The notes under the pieces: generated by a model
Databases searched by the model: none
The model's input: only the letters and a program-made list of their open reading frames with translations
Told to the model about the DNA's origin: nothing
Shown: piece after piece, positions 9,571-19,594 of the stretch
How the letters are laid out: each line of letters opens with the position of its first letter
How positions within the stretch are numbered: position 1 is the first letter of the stretch
Made by a program: the position numbers and the translations under genes
NCBI GenBank assembly: GCA_902464195.1
Contig: CABQJB010000001.1
Span: 1-43,147 of the forward strand
Length of the DNA: 43,147 nt
Source of the DNA: an uncultured Megasphaera sp.
GTDB lineage: Bacteria > Bacillota > Negativicutes > Veillonellales > Megasphaeraceae
Direction of reading: 5' to 3'

Positions 9571-10959
9571 TTATTTCTCCATTTCTTTAGCTTCAGCGAG
9601 ATAAGCTTCGCCGACTTTGTAAATATCTCCGGCCCCCATGGTGATGACCAGGTCGAGGGGGCGGGAATTTTCCTTCAAATAGGCCACTAAATCTTCTTTA
9701 TGCGGGATATAAGTCACATCCTGGCCCGTCGTTTCCTTGACTTTCTTGGCGATGAGTTCGCCCGATACGCCAGGGATGGGGTCTTCGCCGGCACTGTAGA
9801 CGTCGGTGACGATGAGCTTATCAGCTTTGGCAAAGGCACTGCCGTACTGGTCGAGGAGCAGTTTCGTCCGCGTGTAGCGGTGCGGCTGGAAGAGGCAAAC
9901 GACGCGGTGCGTCCCCATATCGCGGGCTGCCGTCAAGGTCGCGTTGATTTCCGTCGGATGGTGGGCATAATCGTCGACGACCCAGACGTCACCGACGAAG
10001 CCCTTGGTCTGGAAACGGCGTTTGGCGCCGTGGAAATGGCTCATAGCTGACGCGATACTGTCAAAGGGCAGGCCGCAGGCATCGGCGACGGCTGTCGTCG
10101 CCAGGGCGTTGAGAACGTTGTGGCGTCCCGGTACGTTGAGGACCATATCCCCCATCTTTTCGCCGTGCTTATAGACGGAGAAATGGAGCTTGCCCTTGAT
10201 GTAATGCAGGTCTCTGGCCTGGTAGTCCGCCGGCTGTTCGATGCCGTAAGATACGTAGCGGCGGCCGGTCTGCGGGGCCAGGGCCCGAATCTTGTCGTTT
10301 TCAAAGCACAAGACGGCCAGGCCCTCTTTCGGATCGAGCTTCTGGATAAACTGTTTGAAAGCGGCGATGACGTTTTCCAGCGAGCCGTAATGGTCCATAT
10401 GGTCGGCGTCGATATTGGTGACGACGGCGATATAAGGGTTCTGCTTGAGGAAAGTCCCATCACTTTCATCGGCTTCGGCGATGACATAGGCGCCTTTCCC
10501 CAAGATGGAATTGCTATGCAGGTAATCGACTTCACCGCCGATGACGATAGTCGGGTCCTGATGACATTCTTCAAAGACCTGCCCCAGCATGGACGACGTC
10601 GTCGTCTTGCCGTGGGCACCGGCTACGGAAATCCCCTTCCCCCAGCTCATGATATGGACCAGGGCATCCGAGCGATGGATGACAGGGATACCGCGGCGGC
10701 GTGCTTCGGCCAGTTCCACGTTGGTGTCGCGGATAGCCGACGAAATGACGACGACCTGGGCGTCCTGCAGGTTTTCCGGACGCTGGCCGATGCAGATACG
10801 GGCCCCTTTCTTGGCGAACTGTTCGGTCACCGGCGAGGCTTTGAGGTCCGAACCGGATACATGATATCCTTTTTCAATGAAAACATTGGCAATTGCCCGC
10901 ATCCCGGCGCCGGCAATGCCGATAAAATGAACGTTTGTGACATCGTTCAGATTAACCAT
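9571..10959 (-). CDS. murC: UDP-N-acetylmuramate--L-alanine ligase; start moved to ATG 10959
   Basis: HFIGIAGAGM, GAHGKTTT, EADESD, DDYAHHPTE, FQPHRYTRT. Confidence 0.96.
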   Translation of the reverse strand: MVNLNDVTNVHFIGIAGAGMRAIANVFIEKGYHVSGSDLKASPVTEQFAKKGARICIGQRPENLQDAQVVVISSAIRDTNVELAEARRRGIPVIHRSDALVHIMSWGKGISVAGAHGKTTTSSMLGQVFEECHQDPTIVIGGEVDYLHSNSILGKGAYVIAEADESDGTFLKQNPYIAVVTNIDADHMDHYGSLENVIAAFKQFIQKLDPKEGLAVLCFENDKIRALAPQTGRRYVSYGIEQPADYQARDLHYIKGKLHFSVYKHGEKMGDMVLNVPGRHNVLNALATTAVADACGLPFDSIASAMSHFHGAKRRFQTKGFVGDVWVVDDYAHHPTEINATLTAARDMGTHRVVCLFQPHRYTRTKLLLDQYGSAFAKADKLIVTDVYSAGEDPIPGVSGELIAKKVKETTGQDVTYIPHKEDLVAYLKENSRPLDLVITMGAGDIYKVGEAYLAEAKEMEK

Positions 10960-10987
10960 AGGTTTATTCCACACCCTTCTTTTCCTG

Positions 10988-12109
10988 TTACGGACGACGT
11001 TTGCGGGCAATCGACAAGGCCAGTTCGGCAATATCGTGTGCCGCCTCGGGCTTGCCCATGGAGCGGCTGGCTTTCGCCATCGCTGCCAGTGCCTTCGGAT
11101 CGTCTTTTAAATGAATGATTTCTTCTAACAATTCCCGGCCTGTGAGCATCTTGTCGAGGATCATCTTGGCAGCGCCGCACATGACCAGGGCCTGGGCATT
11201 GTAGCGCTGGTGGTCTTCGGCTGCATAGGGATAGGGAATGAGGATCGACGGCACACCGCGGACAGTCAGTTCGGCCAGACCGACGGCACCGGCCCGGTAG
11301 ACAGCCAGGTCGCAGGCGGCCAGGGCGTCGGGCATATGGTGCAGATAGGGGATGATGCGGCTTCCCTTGCCATAACGGCCGCGGCATTCGATACCCGGCA
11401 GCTGCTTGACGACGCGGTCATATTCATGGTCCCCTGTGACGTGAAGGATCTGGATCTGGTCGTCGTTGCGGAAATACTTGTGGACTTCGATCATGGCCGT
11501 GTTGATGCTGCGGGCGCCGCGGCTGCCGCCGGCGACGAGGAGCGTAAATTTATCCGGGTCCAGGCCTAAGGCCTTGCGCCCTTCTTCCCGTGTCACCGTG
11601 AGGATATCCTTGCGGACGGGATTGCCCGTATAGACCAGGATATCTTTGCGCTTGAAACGGGCTGCTGCCTCTTCATAGCCCAGGGCTACGCGATTGACGA
11701 AGCGGCTCAAAATCGTATTGGTAACGCCGGGGATGACGTTCTGTTCCTGTATCAGTGTCGGCACACCGCTCAGGCTGGCTGCCAAAAGGACCGGACCGCA
11801 GACGAAACCGCCCGTCCCGATGACGACGTCCGGTTTGAACTTGTGGATAATCCCTTCTGCCTTGATCAGGCTGCCTGCCGTCTTGCCCAGAGTGACGAGG
11901 TTGCGGACGGAAATCTTCCGTTCCAAGCCCCGCACGTCGAGGGTGACGAAAGGCAAGCCTTCTTTAGGGATCAATGTATTTTCCAGGCCGATTTTGGAGC
12001 CGACGTAGAGAAATTCGGTGGGCTCAATGTCGGCAATCGCCCTGGCAATGGTAATCGCCGGGTAGATATGGCCGCCTGTGCCACCTCCGGAAATAATGAC
12101 TCGACGCAT
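10988..12109 (-). CDS. murG: Lipid II GlcNAc transferase
   Basis: GGGTGGHIYPA, EQN, GNPVR, GGSRGA, RAGA, HQ..NA. Confidence 0.97.
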   Translation of the reverse strand: MRRVIISGGGTGGHIYPAITIARAIADIEPTEFLYVGSKIGLENTLIPKEGLPFVTLDVRGLERKISVRNLVTLGKTAGSLIKAEGIIHKFKPDVVIGTGGFVCGPVLLAASLSGVPTLIQEQNVIPGVTNTILSRFVNRVALGYEEAAARFKRKDILVYTGNPVRKDILTVTREEGRKALGLDPDKFTLLVAGGSRGARSINTAMIEVHKYFRNDDQIQILHVTGDHEYDRVVKQLPGIECRGRYGKGSRIIPYLHHMPDALAACDLAVYRAGAVGLAELTVRGVPSILIPYPYAAEDHQRYNAQALVMCGAAKMILDKMLTGRELLEEIIHLKDDPKALAAMAKASRSMGKPEAAHDIAELALSIARKRRP

Positions 12110-12142
12110 GTTCCTGCCTCCTGTTGTTTCTTCTAAATATCG

Positions 12143-13510
12143 TTAAATGGCGTTGACGATGCCCTTGAAGACACGTCCGCGCTGTTCAAAATTGTCATAC
12201 ATGTCAAAACTGGAGCAAGCCGGCGACAAGAGGACGGCCTGCGGCGCCTTGGCGATTTTGCGGGCCAGCATGATGGCCCCTTCCATACTGTAGCCAGTAC
12301 GGCGGATATCCTGGATGCCCGCCTTCTTGGCAGCGGCTTCAAAACGTTCAGCCGCATCGCCGATGAGGATCAGCGTATCGACGCGTTTTGCCGCCAAGGC
12401 CATGAAGTCGTCGAGGGGCGTCTTCTTGTCATAGCCGCCGGCAATGAGGATGAGATGGCCCTGCGGGAAAGCTTCCAGGGCCTTCATGGACGCATCGACG
12501 TTAGTCCCTTTCGAGTCATTGTAATAGGTGACACCGTGGATGGTCCGTACTTTTTCCAGGCGGTGTTCAACGCCCTTGAAATCCTTGAGGACCTGGCGGA
12601 TGACGTCGAGGGGCGCCCCGGCAGCATAGGTCAGGAGAATCGCAGCCAGGCAATTCTGGATATTATGCTTGCCGAAGAGGTGCAGGTCCGTTTCGGCACA
12701 GACGACGGTATCCTGGCCGTTGAGGCGCAGGATGAGCTGTCCGTCCTGATAAAAGGCCCCTTCCGGGACTTCGCCGCACGTCGAGAAATAGACGACCGTA
12801 CCGGTCATATCCACAGCCATGGCCCGTACCCGTTCGTCATCGTAATTGAGGACGGCGTAATCGCCCTTGTCCTGGTTGAGAAAAATCCGTTCCTTAGCGG
12901 CCGCATAGCCTTCCATCGTATGATGGCGGTCCAAATGGTCCGGCGTGATGTTGAGGATCGTCGCGGCCTTGGCCTTGATGCTGTGCGTGAATTCGAGCTG
13001 GAAACTGGAAAGTTCAGCGACGACGACGGCTTCCTTAGGCAGGTTGTCGGCCTGGGCCGAAAGGCCGTAGCCGATATTGCCGCCGACGACGGTCTGACGG
13101 CCTGTGGCCTTCATGATTTCGCCAACCAGGGTCGTCGTCGTCGTCTTGCCATTGGTCCCGGTAATGCCAATCATATCGGCATCGGTGACCCGGCAGGCGA
13201 CTTCGACTTCACTCCAAATCGGCAGGCCGCGGCGGATGGCTTCTTTCATGATCGGGATTTCCGGAGAAATGACCGGCGACGGGACGACGACATCCATGCC
13301 GTCGAGAAGGTTCGTTTCCTGGCTGCCGAAGACCAGCTTGACGCCGGCAGCCGCAATATCCGGCCACGGCTGTTCCGCCGTGTCGATGGCCTTCATATCA
13401 TTCAGCGTAACGGACCCGCCATGACCTGCCAGGGCCAAAGAGGCAGCGCGGCCGCTGATACCTGCGCCGATGACTAAGAAATGTTTTCCAGAAAAATCCA
13501 TGATGCTCAT
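12143..13510 (-). CDS. murD: UDP-MurNAc-L-Ala--D-glutamate ligase (start uncertain: 13519, 13510 or 13501)
   Basis: ITGTNGKTTT, ELSSFQL, NITPDHLDRH, NDSKGTN, LSPACSSFD. Confidence 0.96.
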   Translation of the reverse strand: MSIMDFSGKHFLVIGAGISGRAASLALAGHGGSVTLNDMKAIDTAEQPWPDIAAAGVKLVFGSQETNLLDGMDVVVPSPVISPEIPIMKEAIRRGLPIWSEVEVACRVTDADMIGITGTNGKTTTTTLVGEIMKATGRQTVVGGNIGYGLSAQADNLPKEAVVVAELSSFQLEFTHSIKAKAATILNITPDHLDRHHTMEGYAAAKERIFLNQDKGDYAVLNYDDERVRAMAVDMTGTVVYFSTCGEVPEGAFYQDGQLILRLNGQDTVVCAETDLHLFGKHNIQNCLAAILLTYAAGAPLDVIRQVLKDFKGVEHRLEKVRTIHGVTYYNDSKGTNVDASMKALEAFPQGHLILIAGGYDKKTPLDDFMALAAKRVDTLILIGDAAERFEAAAKKAGIQDIRRTGYSMEGAIMLARKIAKAPQAVLLSPACSSFDMYDNFEQRGRVFKGIVNAI

Positions 13511-13565
13511 TGCCAACACCTGCTTTATGTAAAATATCGTAGTTCAATCAGAAAAGCCGCAGGCC

Positions 13566-14531
13566 CTATTTGCAGGCCAGTACGACGATAATGGACAGAA
13601 TCGCCATGAGAGCCGAGAAGCTCCAGAATACGGTAACGACCTTGACTTCACTCCAGCCAGACAACTCAAAGTGGTGGTGGATCGGACTCATCTTGAAGAC
13701 GCGGACACCGCGGGTCTTGAAGGAAATGACCTGGATGATGACCGACAGAGCTTCGATGACGTACAAGCCGCCAGCCAGGATGAGGAGCAGTTCTGTCTTG
13801 GTCAAAATGGCCATAGCCGCCAGAGCACCACCCAGGGCCAGGGATCCCGTATCGCCCATGAACATCTTAGCCGGATGCTGGTTATAGAAGAGGAAGCCCA
13901 GGCAGGCCCCTGTCAGGGCCGTACCGAAGATTGCGAAATGGGTATAACCCAGAGCGACAGCGATGACGACATAGGCAACGGACGTAATGGCGCAGGACCC
14001 GGCAGCCAGGCCGTCAAGGCCGTCGGTCAGGTTGACGGCATTACTCGTGCCGACGATCATGACGAAGACGAAGAGATAGTAGAACATGCCCAAATCGACA
14101 GTAATGGAAGTAAAGGGAATCCACAAGGTCGTCGGGAAATGGAGAAAGGCATCGAGGATGTAGCAGAAAATCGCAGCCATGACGAACTGGCCGGCCAGTT
14201 TCTGTTTCGCCGTAAGACCCAGGTTACGGTGCTTGATGGCCTTGATGCTGTCATCGAGGAAACCGATGACGCCATGGCCCAGGGCCAGGAATAAGGCCAG
14301 ACCTTTGCGCAGATCCATCGGATCGAAGATGAGGCACGATACAGTCAGCGCCGTCAAGATGAGGATGCCCCCCATGGTCGGCGTCCCGGCTTTATACTTA
14401 TGGCTCTGCGGCCCTTCTTCCCTTTCGGACTGGCGGGCATGGAATTTTTTCAATTCCTTGATGACCAGCGGTCCGAAGACCAGACCGATGACCAGGCTGA
14501 CGACAAAGCTGAGAATCAGCATTTTAAACAT
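13566..14531 (-). CDS. mraY: Phospho-MurNAc-pentapeptide transferase
   Basis: KAGTPTMGG, NAVNLTDGLDGLA, FMGDTGS, MSPIHHHFE. Confidence 0.97.
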   Translation of the reverse strand: MFKMLILSFVVSLVIGLVFGPLVIKELKKFHARQSEREEGPQSHKYKAGTPTMGGILILTALTVSCLIFDPMDLRKGLALFLALGHGVIGFLDDSIKAIKHRNLGLTAKQKLAGQFVMAAIFCYILDAFLHFPTTLWIPFTSITVDLGMFYYLFVFVMIVGTSNAVNLTDGLDGLAAGSCAITSVAYVVIAVALGYTHFAIFGTALTGACLGFLFYNQHPAKMFMGDTGSLALGGALAAMAILTKTELLLILAGGLYVIEALSVIIQVISFKTRGVRVFKMSPIHHHFELSGWSEVKVVTVFWSFSALMAILSIIVVLACK

Positions 14532-14536
14532 TCACA

Positions 14537-15907
14537 TTACTTCCTTTCAAAATAGGGCAGTATTTTTTCCATGGCAAAGCTCCGCGAGCCCTTGAGGAGG
14601 ACTGTGTCGCCATCGTGGAGGAGTTCTTTCAGCTGGCGCGCCGCCTGTTCATGCGTATCCGTCGTATAGACGGCCGTCATGCCTGCGGCTTTCGCCGATT
14701 GGGCGATATCTTTGGCTAAATCGCCCATGGTGATGAGGGCATCGAGACCGGTCTGGGCGACGAGGCGGCCAATGGCTTCGTGTTCCCGTTTCGCCCAGTC
14801 CCCCAGTTCGCCCATGCCGCCGAGGACGGCAATCTTGCGGCCCTGAGTCAGCAGGTCCAGCGTGCGGATGGCTTCGGCCATGGACGCCGGATTGGCATTA
14901 TACGTATCATTGATGAAGGTATACGGCCCGATATGCAGCAGTTCCTGGCGCATGGCCATGCCGTGATACGACGCCAGGCCGCGCTGTATCTCAACAGCGC
15001 TCAGTCCCGTCAGCTGGCCGACGGCAATGGCTGCCAGGGCATTGTAGACGTTATGGCCGCCGATGACGGGCACAGAGACGTCGAAATCCTGCCCGGCTCC
15101 ACGGCAATGGAAGCGGACGCCCTGCTGGTCGCAGACGATGTGGTCTGCCCGGACGGCCGCCTGGTCATCGGTCCCATAGAGGACGGTCTTCCCTTTGCAC
15201 AAAGCCGTCATCGGGCGGACGAAGGGATCGTCGCCGTTGAGGACGGCCGTCCCCTTTTCATCCAGGGCCTGGACGAGTTCGGCTTTGGCCTTGGCGATAT
15301 TTTCCTGCGAGCCGAGCAGTTCGATATGGCTCTTGCCGACGTTGGTGACGACGCCGATAGTCGGTTCACCGATGGCAGCCAGTTCGGCAATCTGCCCTAA
15401 GCCGCGCATGCCCATTTCTACGACGCAGGCTTCGTGTTCCGGCGTCAGCTGCAAGAGCGTCTTGGGCAGGCCGATTTCATTGTTGAAATTCTTTTCCGTC
15501 TGCAAGACACGATACTTTTCGCTGAGGACGGTGGCAATCATATTCCGCGTCGATGTCTTGCCGACCGAACCGGTGACGGCCACGACGGGAATGGCAAAGC
15601 GGCGGCGATGGAAGCGGGCCAGGTCCTGGTAGGCCCTGAGAGTGTCGGCGACGACGAAAATCGGCGCCGTCAGCTCTTCGTATTCCGGGTGCCTTTCCGA
15701 TACGACAGCCCCGGCAGCGCCGGCAGCCAGGGCCTTATCTACGAAATCATGGCCGTTGAAAGACGTCCCTTTGAAGGCGACGAACAACGAGCCTTTGGCG
15801 ATGGCCCGCGTATCCGTGCAGACATCGCTGAAAGACACAGGGGCAGCCGGCTTCAGGAGCCGGGCGCCCGTGGCCTGGATTATTTCCTCGCTAGTAAAAG
15901 CAGCCAT
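14537..15907 (-). CDS. murF: UDP-MurNAc-tripeptide--D-Ala-D-Ala ligase
   Basis: TGSVGKTST, NNEIGLP, EMGM, DTYNANP.SM, LLKGSR. Confidence 0.96.
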   Translation of the reverse strand: MAAFTSEEIIQATGARLLKPAAPVSFSDVCTDTRAIAKGSLFVAFKGTSFNGHDFVDKALAAGAAGAVVSERHPEYEELTAPIFVVADTLRAYQDLARFHRRRFAIPVVAVTGSVGKTSTRNMIATVLSEKYRVLQTEKNFNNEIGLPKTLLQLTPEHEACVVEMGMRGLGQIAELAAIGEPTIGVVTNVGKSHIELLGSQENIAKAKAELVQALDEKGTAVLNGDDPFVRPMTALCKGKTVLYGTDDQAAVRADHIVCDQQGVRFHCRGAGQDFDVSVPVIGGHNVYNALAAIAVGQLTGLSAVEIQRGLASYHGMAMRQELLHIGPYTFINDTYNANPASMAEAIRTLDLLTQGRKIAVLGGMGELGDWAKREHEAIGRLVAQTGLDALITMGDLAKDIAQSAKAAGMTAVYTTDTHEQAARQLKELLHDGDTVLLKGSRSFAMEKILPYFERK

Positions 15908-17418
15908 TATTTATCTCCTCTGTGCAGTGCATGGACGGCGTTGCGCGCTTCTTCGCGATCGTCGAAATGAATGGTACCGTCGTTGAGAATCTGATATGTT
16001 TCATGGCCCTTGCCGGCGATGACGATGATGTCGTTGGTCTGAGCCAGTTCGACGGCGCGGTAAATGGCGTCGCGGCGGTTGACGATGACTTCATGGTGCT
16101 GACCCGGTTTCAAGCCTTCCTTGACGCCGGCTTCGACTTCGGAAACGATGGTTTCCGGGTTTTCCGAGCGGGGATTATCGGACGTGACGATAGGGATGTC
16201 GGCCAGTTCAGCGCCGATACGGCCCATGATGGGGCGCTTGGTCTTATCGCGGTCACCGCCGCAGCCAAAGACGGCGATGATACGGTTCGGTTTCATGGCC
16301 CGCGCCGTTTCCAGGGCTTTCTGCAGGCTGTCCGGCGTATGGGAATAGTCGACGACGATGGCGAAATCCTGGCCGGCTTCGACGAGTTCAAAACGGCCCG
16401 GTACGGAATGGAAGGTCTGGATGGCTTTATCGATGGTGGCTTCATCGACGCCTTCGGCATGGGCTGCGCCGATAGCAGCCAGCGTATTGTAAACGTTGAA
16501 CAAGCCCGTGATATTCATGTTGAGGTGGACGTTGACGAAGGGGCCGACGACGTCGAAAGACGATTTCTTCAATTCGACTTTCAAGTTGGACCCTTTGAGG
16601 TCGGCGTCCTTTTCGACACCATATGTCAGGACCTTGCAGTGGCAGGCCTGGAGGATATCTTTGGACCAGGGGTCGTCGATATTGACGACAGCCGTCTTAT
16701 TTTCCTTGACGTGGTCGGCAGCGGTCAGGCTCTGGAAGAGCTTAGCCTTGGCAGCGACGTAGTTTTCCATGGTCTTGTGGAAATCGAGGTGGTCCTGGGT
16801 CAGATTGGTGAAGACGGCCGTATCGTATTCGATGCCGGCGACACGGTTCAAGGCCAGGGCATGGCTGGAGACTTCCATGACGACATGGGTCATGCCCTTT
16901 TCATACATAAGGGCCAGGAAATGCTGGAGTTCGACGACATCCGGCGTCGTGTTGTGGATCGGCAGTTCTTCATCATCGATGAGGGCGTGGATGGTGCCGA
17001 TGACACCGACATGATATCCCGCAGCCCGCAGGATGTGGGCGATGATGTGGGTCGTCGTCGTCTTGCCATTCGTGCCGGTGACGCCGATCATGCGCATCTT
17101 CTTGCCCGGATAATCGTAAAAGAACGGGACCATGTCTTCCAGGGCGTGATGAATATCCGGCACCTGGATCTGGACCGTGCTCTTAGGCAGGTCGAGGTGT
17201 TTCGTCGTCAAGACGGCGACAGCCCCTTTTTCGACAGCCTGGGCTGCAAAGGCGGCGCCATCGACGTGGACTCCGGAAATGCAGACGAAGAGATAGCCCG
17301 CTTCAATCTGGCGTGAATCCGATGAAATACCGGTAATCACCGTATCGGCACTGCCACTGAGATTATAAATGCCCTTGATCTGTTTACAAAGTTCTCCTAC
17401 CGTTTTGGTCATAATCAT
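15907..17418 (-). CDS. murE: UDP-MurNAc-dipeptide--meso-DAP ligase
   Basis: TGTNGKTT, MEVSSH, DHLDFH, DYSHTPD; DNPR motif indicates DAP specificity. Confidence 0.96.
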   Translation of the reverse strand: MIMTKTVGELCKQIKGIYNLSGSADTVITGISSDSRQIEAGYLFVCISGVHVDGAAFAAQAVEKGAVAVLTTKHLDLPKSTVQIQVPDIHHALEDMVPFFYDYPGKKMRMIGVTGTNGKTTTTHIIAHILRAAGYHVGVIGTIHALIDDEELPIHNTTPDVVELQHFLALMYEKGMTHVVMEVSSHALALNRVAGIEYDTAVFTNLTQDHLDFHKTMENYVAAKAKLFQSLTAADHVKENKTAVVNIDDPWSKDILQACHCKVLTYGVEKDADLKGSNLKVELKKSSFDVVGPFVNVHLNMNITGLFNVYNTLAAIGAAHAEGVDEATIDKAIQTFHSVPGRFELVEAGQDFAIVVDYSHTPDSLQKALETARAMKPNRIIAVFGCGGDRDKTKRPIMGRIGAELADIPIVTSDNPRSENPETIVSEVEAGVKEGLKPGQHHEVIVNRRDAIYRAVELAQTNDIIVIAGKGHETYQILNDGTIHFDDREEARNAVHALHRGDK

Positions 17419-17470
17419 AGGTCCTCCTTGATGATTCTTTTTTTGTATTCTCTATAAGCTAAACAACAAT

Positions 17471-17499
17471 GAGGTCGTCGCACGAAGTGCGTCGACCTC
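17471..17499. repeat. Hairpin between ftsL and murE, at the usual ftsI/spoVD position
   Basis: GAGGTCG-T-CGCAC-GAA-GTGCG-T-CGACCTC; shares GTCGCA with the repeated hairpin family. Confidence 0.65.
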
Positions 17500-17513
17500 T
17501 CGGTTTTAAGCAA

Positions 17514-17909
17514 TTATCGACGTTTTCCCCTTGCGGCCTGGTCCGTCTGGTTCCCGTAAAGGATCCGTGACGGCGCTACCATGCCCAGTCGCTTCGTCGC
17601 GGTCGTATAAATTCGTTCCGGTGTTTCCAATTTGGAAATCTCGACGCGCAAAGCATCGTTTTCACGCTGCAGCTGCTGCGTCTCGCGCTTTACCTCCATA
17701 AGTTCACCACTCTGCTGATACGCCCAGGACGTCAGCAGGTTGGATACGATTACGATGGCCGCAATCATTCCAATCGGCAGCAGGACGTATGCCGCCCCCC
17801 GCCGGATAGCGTTTACGGCAGCCGTCCGCCATAAGGGTATGCTCTTGTCACCATGTATGTTCCCGGCCTTCCTCACCAGCATACGCAACACATCCATTTC
17901 CATGATCAT
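17514..17909 (-). CDS. ftsL: Cell division protein FtsL (true start may be ~17882)
   Basis: One TM, coiled coil, LETPERI...A..RLGM..P; directly after rsmH. Confidence 0.85.
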   Translation of the reverse strand: MIMEMDVLRMLVRKAGNIHGDKSIPLWRTAAVNAIRRGAAYVLLPIGMIAAIVIVSNLLTSWAYQQSGELMEVKRETQQLQRENDALRVEISKLETPERIYTTATKRLGMVAPSRILYGNQTDQAARGKRR

Positions 17910-17921
17910 AGCTCGGCCCCG

Positions 17922-18854
17922 TTATTTACGGATGCCGACGCGGAGCTTCGCACTGCGGGCCCGCGGATTCGTATCCAGCTCTTCCTGCGACGGCAGGATG
18001 GGCTGGCGCTTCACTTTCAGGATAGCATGATGATGGCACGTACAAACCGGCATGTCCGGCGGGCAGATGCAATCTGTCGCCAAGAGCCTCAATGTCTGTT
18101 TGGCAATGCGGTCTTCCAGGGAATGGAAGGTAATGACGCACAGCCGTCCGCCCGGCTTCAGGCGCTGGGCAGCCTGTTCCAGGGAATCGTGAAGGATTCC
18201 CAGTTCATCATTGACTTCGATGCGGATGGCCTGGAACGTCCGCTTGGCCGGATGGGGTCCGTCCTTGCGGGCACCGGCCGGAATGGCCTTCTTGATGACC
18301 TGGACCAGTTCTTCCGTCCGTTCCAGGGGCTTTTCCCGCCGCGCTTCGACGATGAAAGCGGCAATGCGCTTGGCCCAGCGTTCTTCACCATAGGTCTTGA
18401 TGATGCGGTATAAGTCGGCCTGGCTGTAGCCATTGACGATATCGTAAGCACTTCGCTTCTGGTCACGGTCCATGCGCATGTCCAGGGGACCATCCTGCAT
18501 GTAGGAAAAGCCCCGTTCCGGCGTATCGAGCTGATAACTGGAGACGCCGAGGTCGAACATGACGCCGTCTACCCTTTCTATCCCCAATTCATCGAGCACG
18601 TCTGGCAGATAGCGGAAATTCCGCTGTACCAGGATGCGCCGGCAGGCCGTATCCTTCAGCCGTTCCGTCGCCGCTGCAATAGCATCCCGGTCCTGGTCGA
18701 GGCCGATGAGCGTTGCCTTAGGCGACAAGCGTTCGGCCAGCGCCCGGGAATGACCGCCGCCGCCGAGTGTACAATCGACATAGATTCCGTCAGGGTCGGT
18801 AATCAAGTTATCTATGGTTTCTTTACGAAGCACACTGACGTGATGAAAATTCAT
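17922..18854 (-). CDS. rsmH: 16S rRNA m4C1402 methyltransferase
   Basis: H.SVL, DCTLGGGGHS, DLGVSS.QLD, ITFHSLEDR, NPRARSAKLR. Confidence 0.97.
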   Translation of the reverse strand: MNFHHVSVLRKETIDNLITDPDGIYVDCTLGGGGHSRALAERLSPKATLIGLDQDRDAIAAATERLKDTACRRILVQRNFRYLPDVLDELGIERVDGVMFDLGVSSYQLDTPERGFSYMQDGPLDMRMDRDQKRSAYDIVNGYSQADLYRIIKTYGEERWAKRIAAFIVEARREKPLERTEELVQVIKKAIPAGARKDGPHPAKRTFQAIRIEVNDELGILHDSLEQAAQRLKPGGRLCVITFHSLEDRIAKQTLRLLATDCICPPDMPVCTCHHHAILKVKRQPILPSQEELDTNPRARSAKLRVGIRK

Positions 18855-18862
18855 AATTCCTC

Positions 18863-19303
18863 CTAAAAGTCCAAGTCCAGGGCGTCGTCGAGACTTTCTG
18901 CAATTTCCTCCATGACCGGTACGGTCTTGGCAGCATAGGCTTCATAAGCTTCTTTGCTCCAGATTTCGACCTTATCCCCTGTCCCCAGGACAGTCACATC
19001 CTTGACCAGCTTGGCATAGGCCCTCAATGTCGCCGGGATAAGGATGCGGCCTTGTTTATCGAATTCTACTTCGGCTGCACTGCCGAAGACAAACCGCTTG
19101 AAGGCGCGGACATTTTCCTTAGAAGCCCGGAGTTTCTTTAAACTGCCGGCCAAGCGCATCCACGCCTCCATCGTGTAGACAGAAAGGCAGCCTTCCAAAC
19201 CGCGGGTAACGACGAACTTTGGCCCCAGTTCGTCCCGAAATTTGACAGGCAAAATAACGCGACCTTTTGCATCGATGGTATGTTCATATTCACCCATAAA
19301 CAT
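18863..19303 (-). CDS. mraZ: dcw cluster regulator MraZ; start moved to ATG 19303
   Basis: MFMGEYEHTIDAKGR, D.QGRILIP, VEIW; AAGGAG RBS. Confidence 0.95.
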   Translation of the reverse strand: MFMGEYEHTIDAKGRVILPVKFRDELGPKFVVTRGLEGCLSVYTMEAWMRLAGSLKKLRASKENVRAFKRFVFGSAAEVEFDKQGRILIPATLRAYAKLVKDVTVLGTGDKVEIWSKEAYEAYAAKTVPVMEEIAESLDDALDLDF

Positions 19304-19320
19304 AAGGCCGCAACTCCTTT

Positions 19321-19353
19321 CACTTTTCACCACATTTTACCACATTTCCACAC
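19321..19353 (-). promoter_or_regulatory. MraZ-binding repeats (dcw operator)
   Basis: Minus strand GTGTGGAAAT-GTGGTAAAAT-GTGGTGAAAA-GTG: GTG(G) at exact 10-bp spacing just upstream of the mraZ RBS. Confidence 0.8.
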
Positions 19354-19373
19354 GCCGTGACAACACAATGGTG

Positions 19374-19422
19374 AAAAAAAGAAGTTTTGCCTGAAAGATT
19401 CTTCTTTCAGACAAAACTTCTT
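19374..19422 (-). terminator. Long hairpin terminator upstream of mraZ
   Basis: AAGAAGTTTTGCCTGAAAGA-TTCT-TCTTTCAGACAAAACTTCTT, with T7 on the minus-strand 3' side. Confidence 0.7.
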
Positions 19423-19430
19423 GGGGGGGG

Positions 19431-19545
19431 GATTCGTAGTTCGTGGCTCGTAGTCCGAGTTAAAAGTTTGCAGTTTGAAGTTTGTAGTGAATAGTTTTAA
19501 ATTTAAAGCCATCTTCTACAAACTCCGTACTACAAACTATAGAGA
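19431..19545. repeat. Composite intergenic repeat copy 2
   Basis: TTCGTAG-type and GTTTGNA heptamers, core ATAGTTTTAAATTTAAAGCCATC (19491-19513), then CTACAAA CTCCGTA CTACAAA CTATAGA. Confidence 0.8.
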
Positions 19546-19594
19546 AAAGTAATCTCGCATGATGGCAGGAACCATCGTGCGCCTCCCCCCCGGC

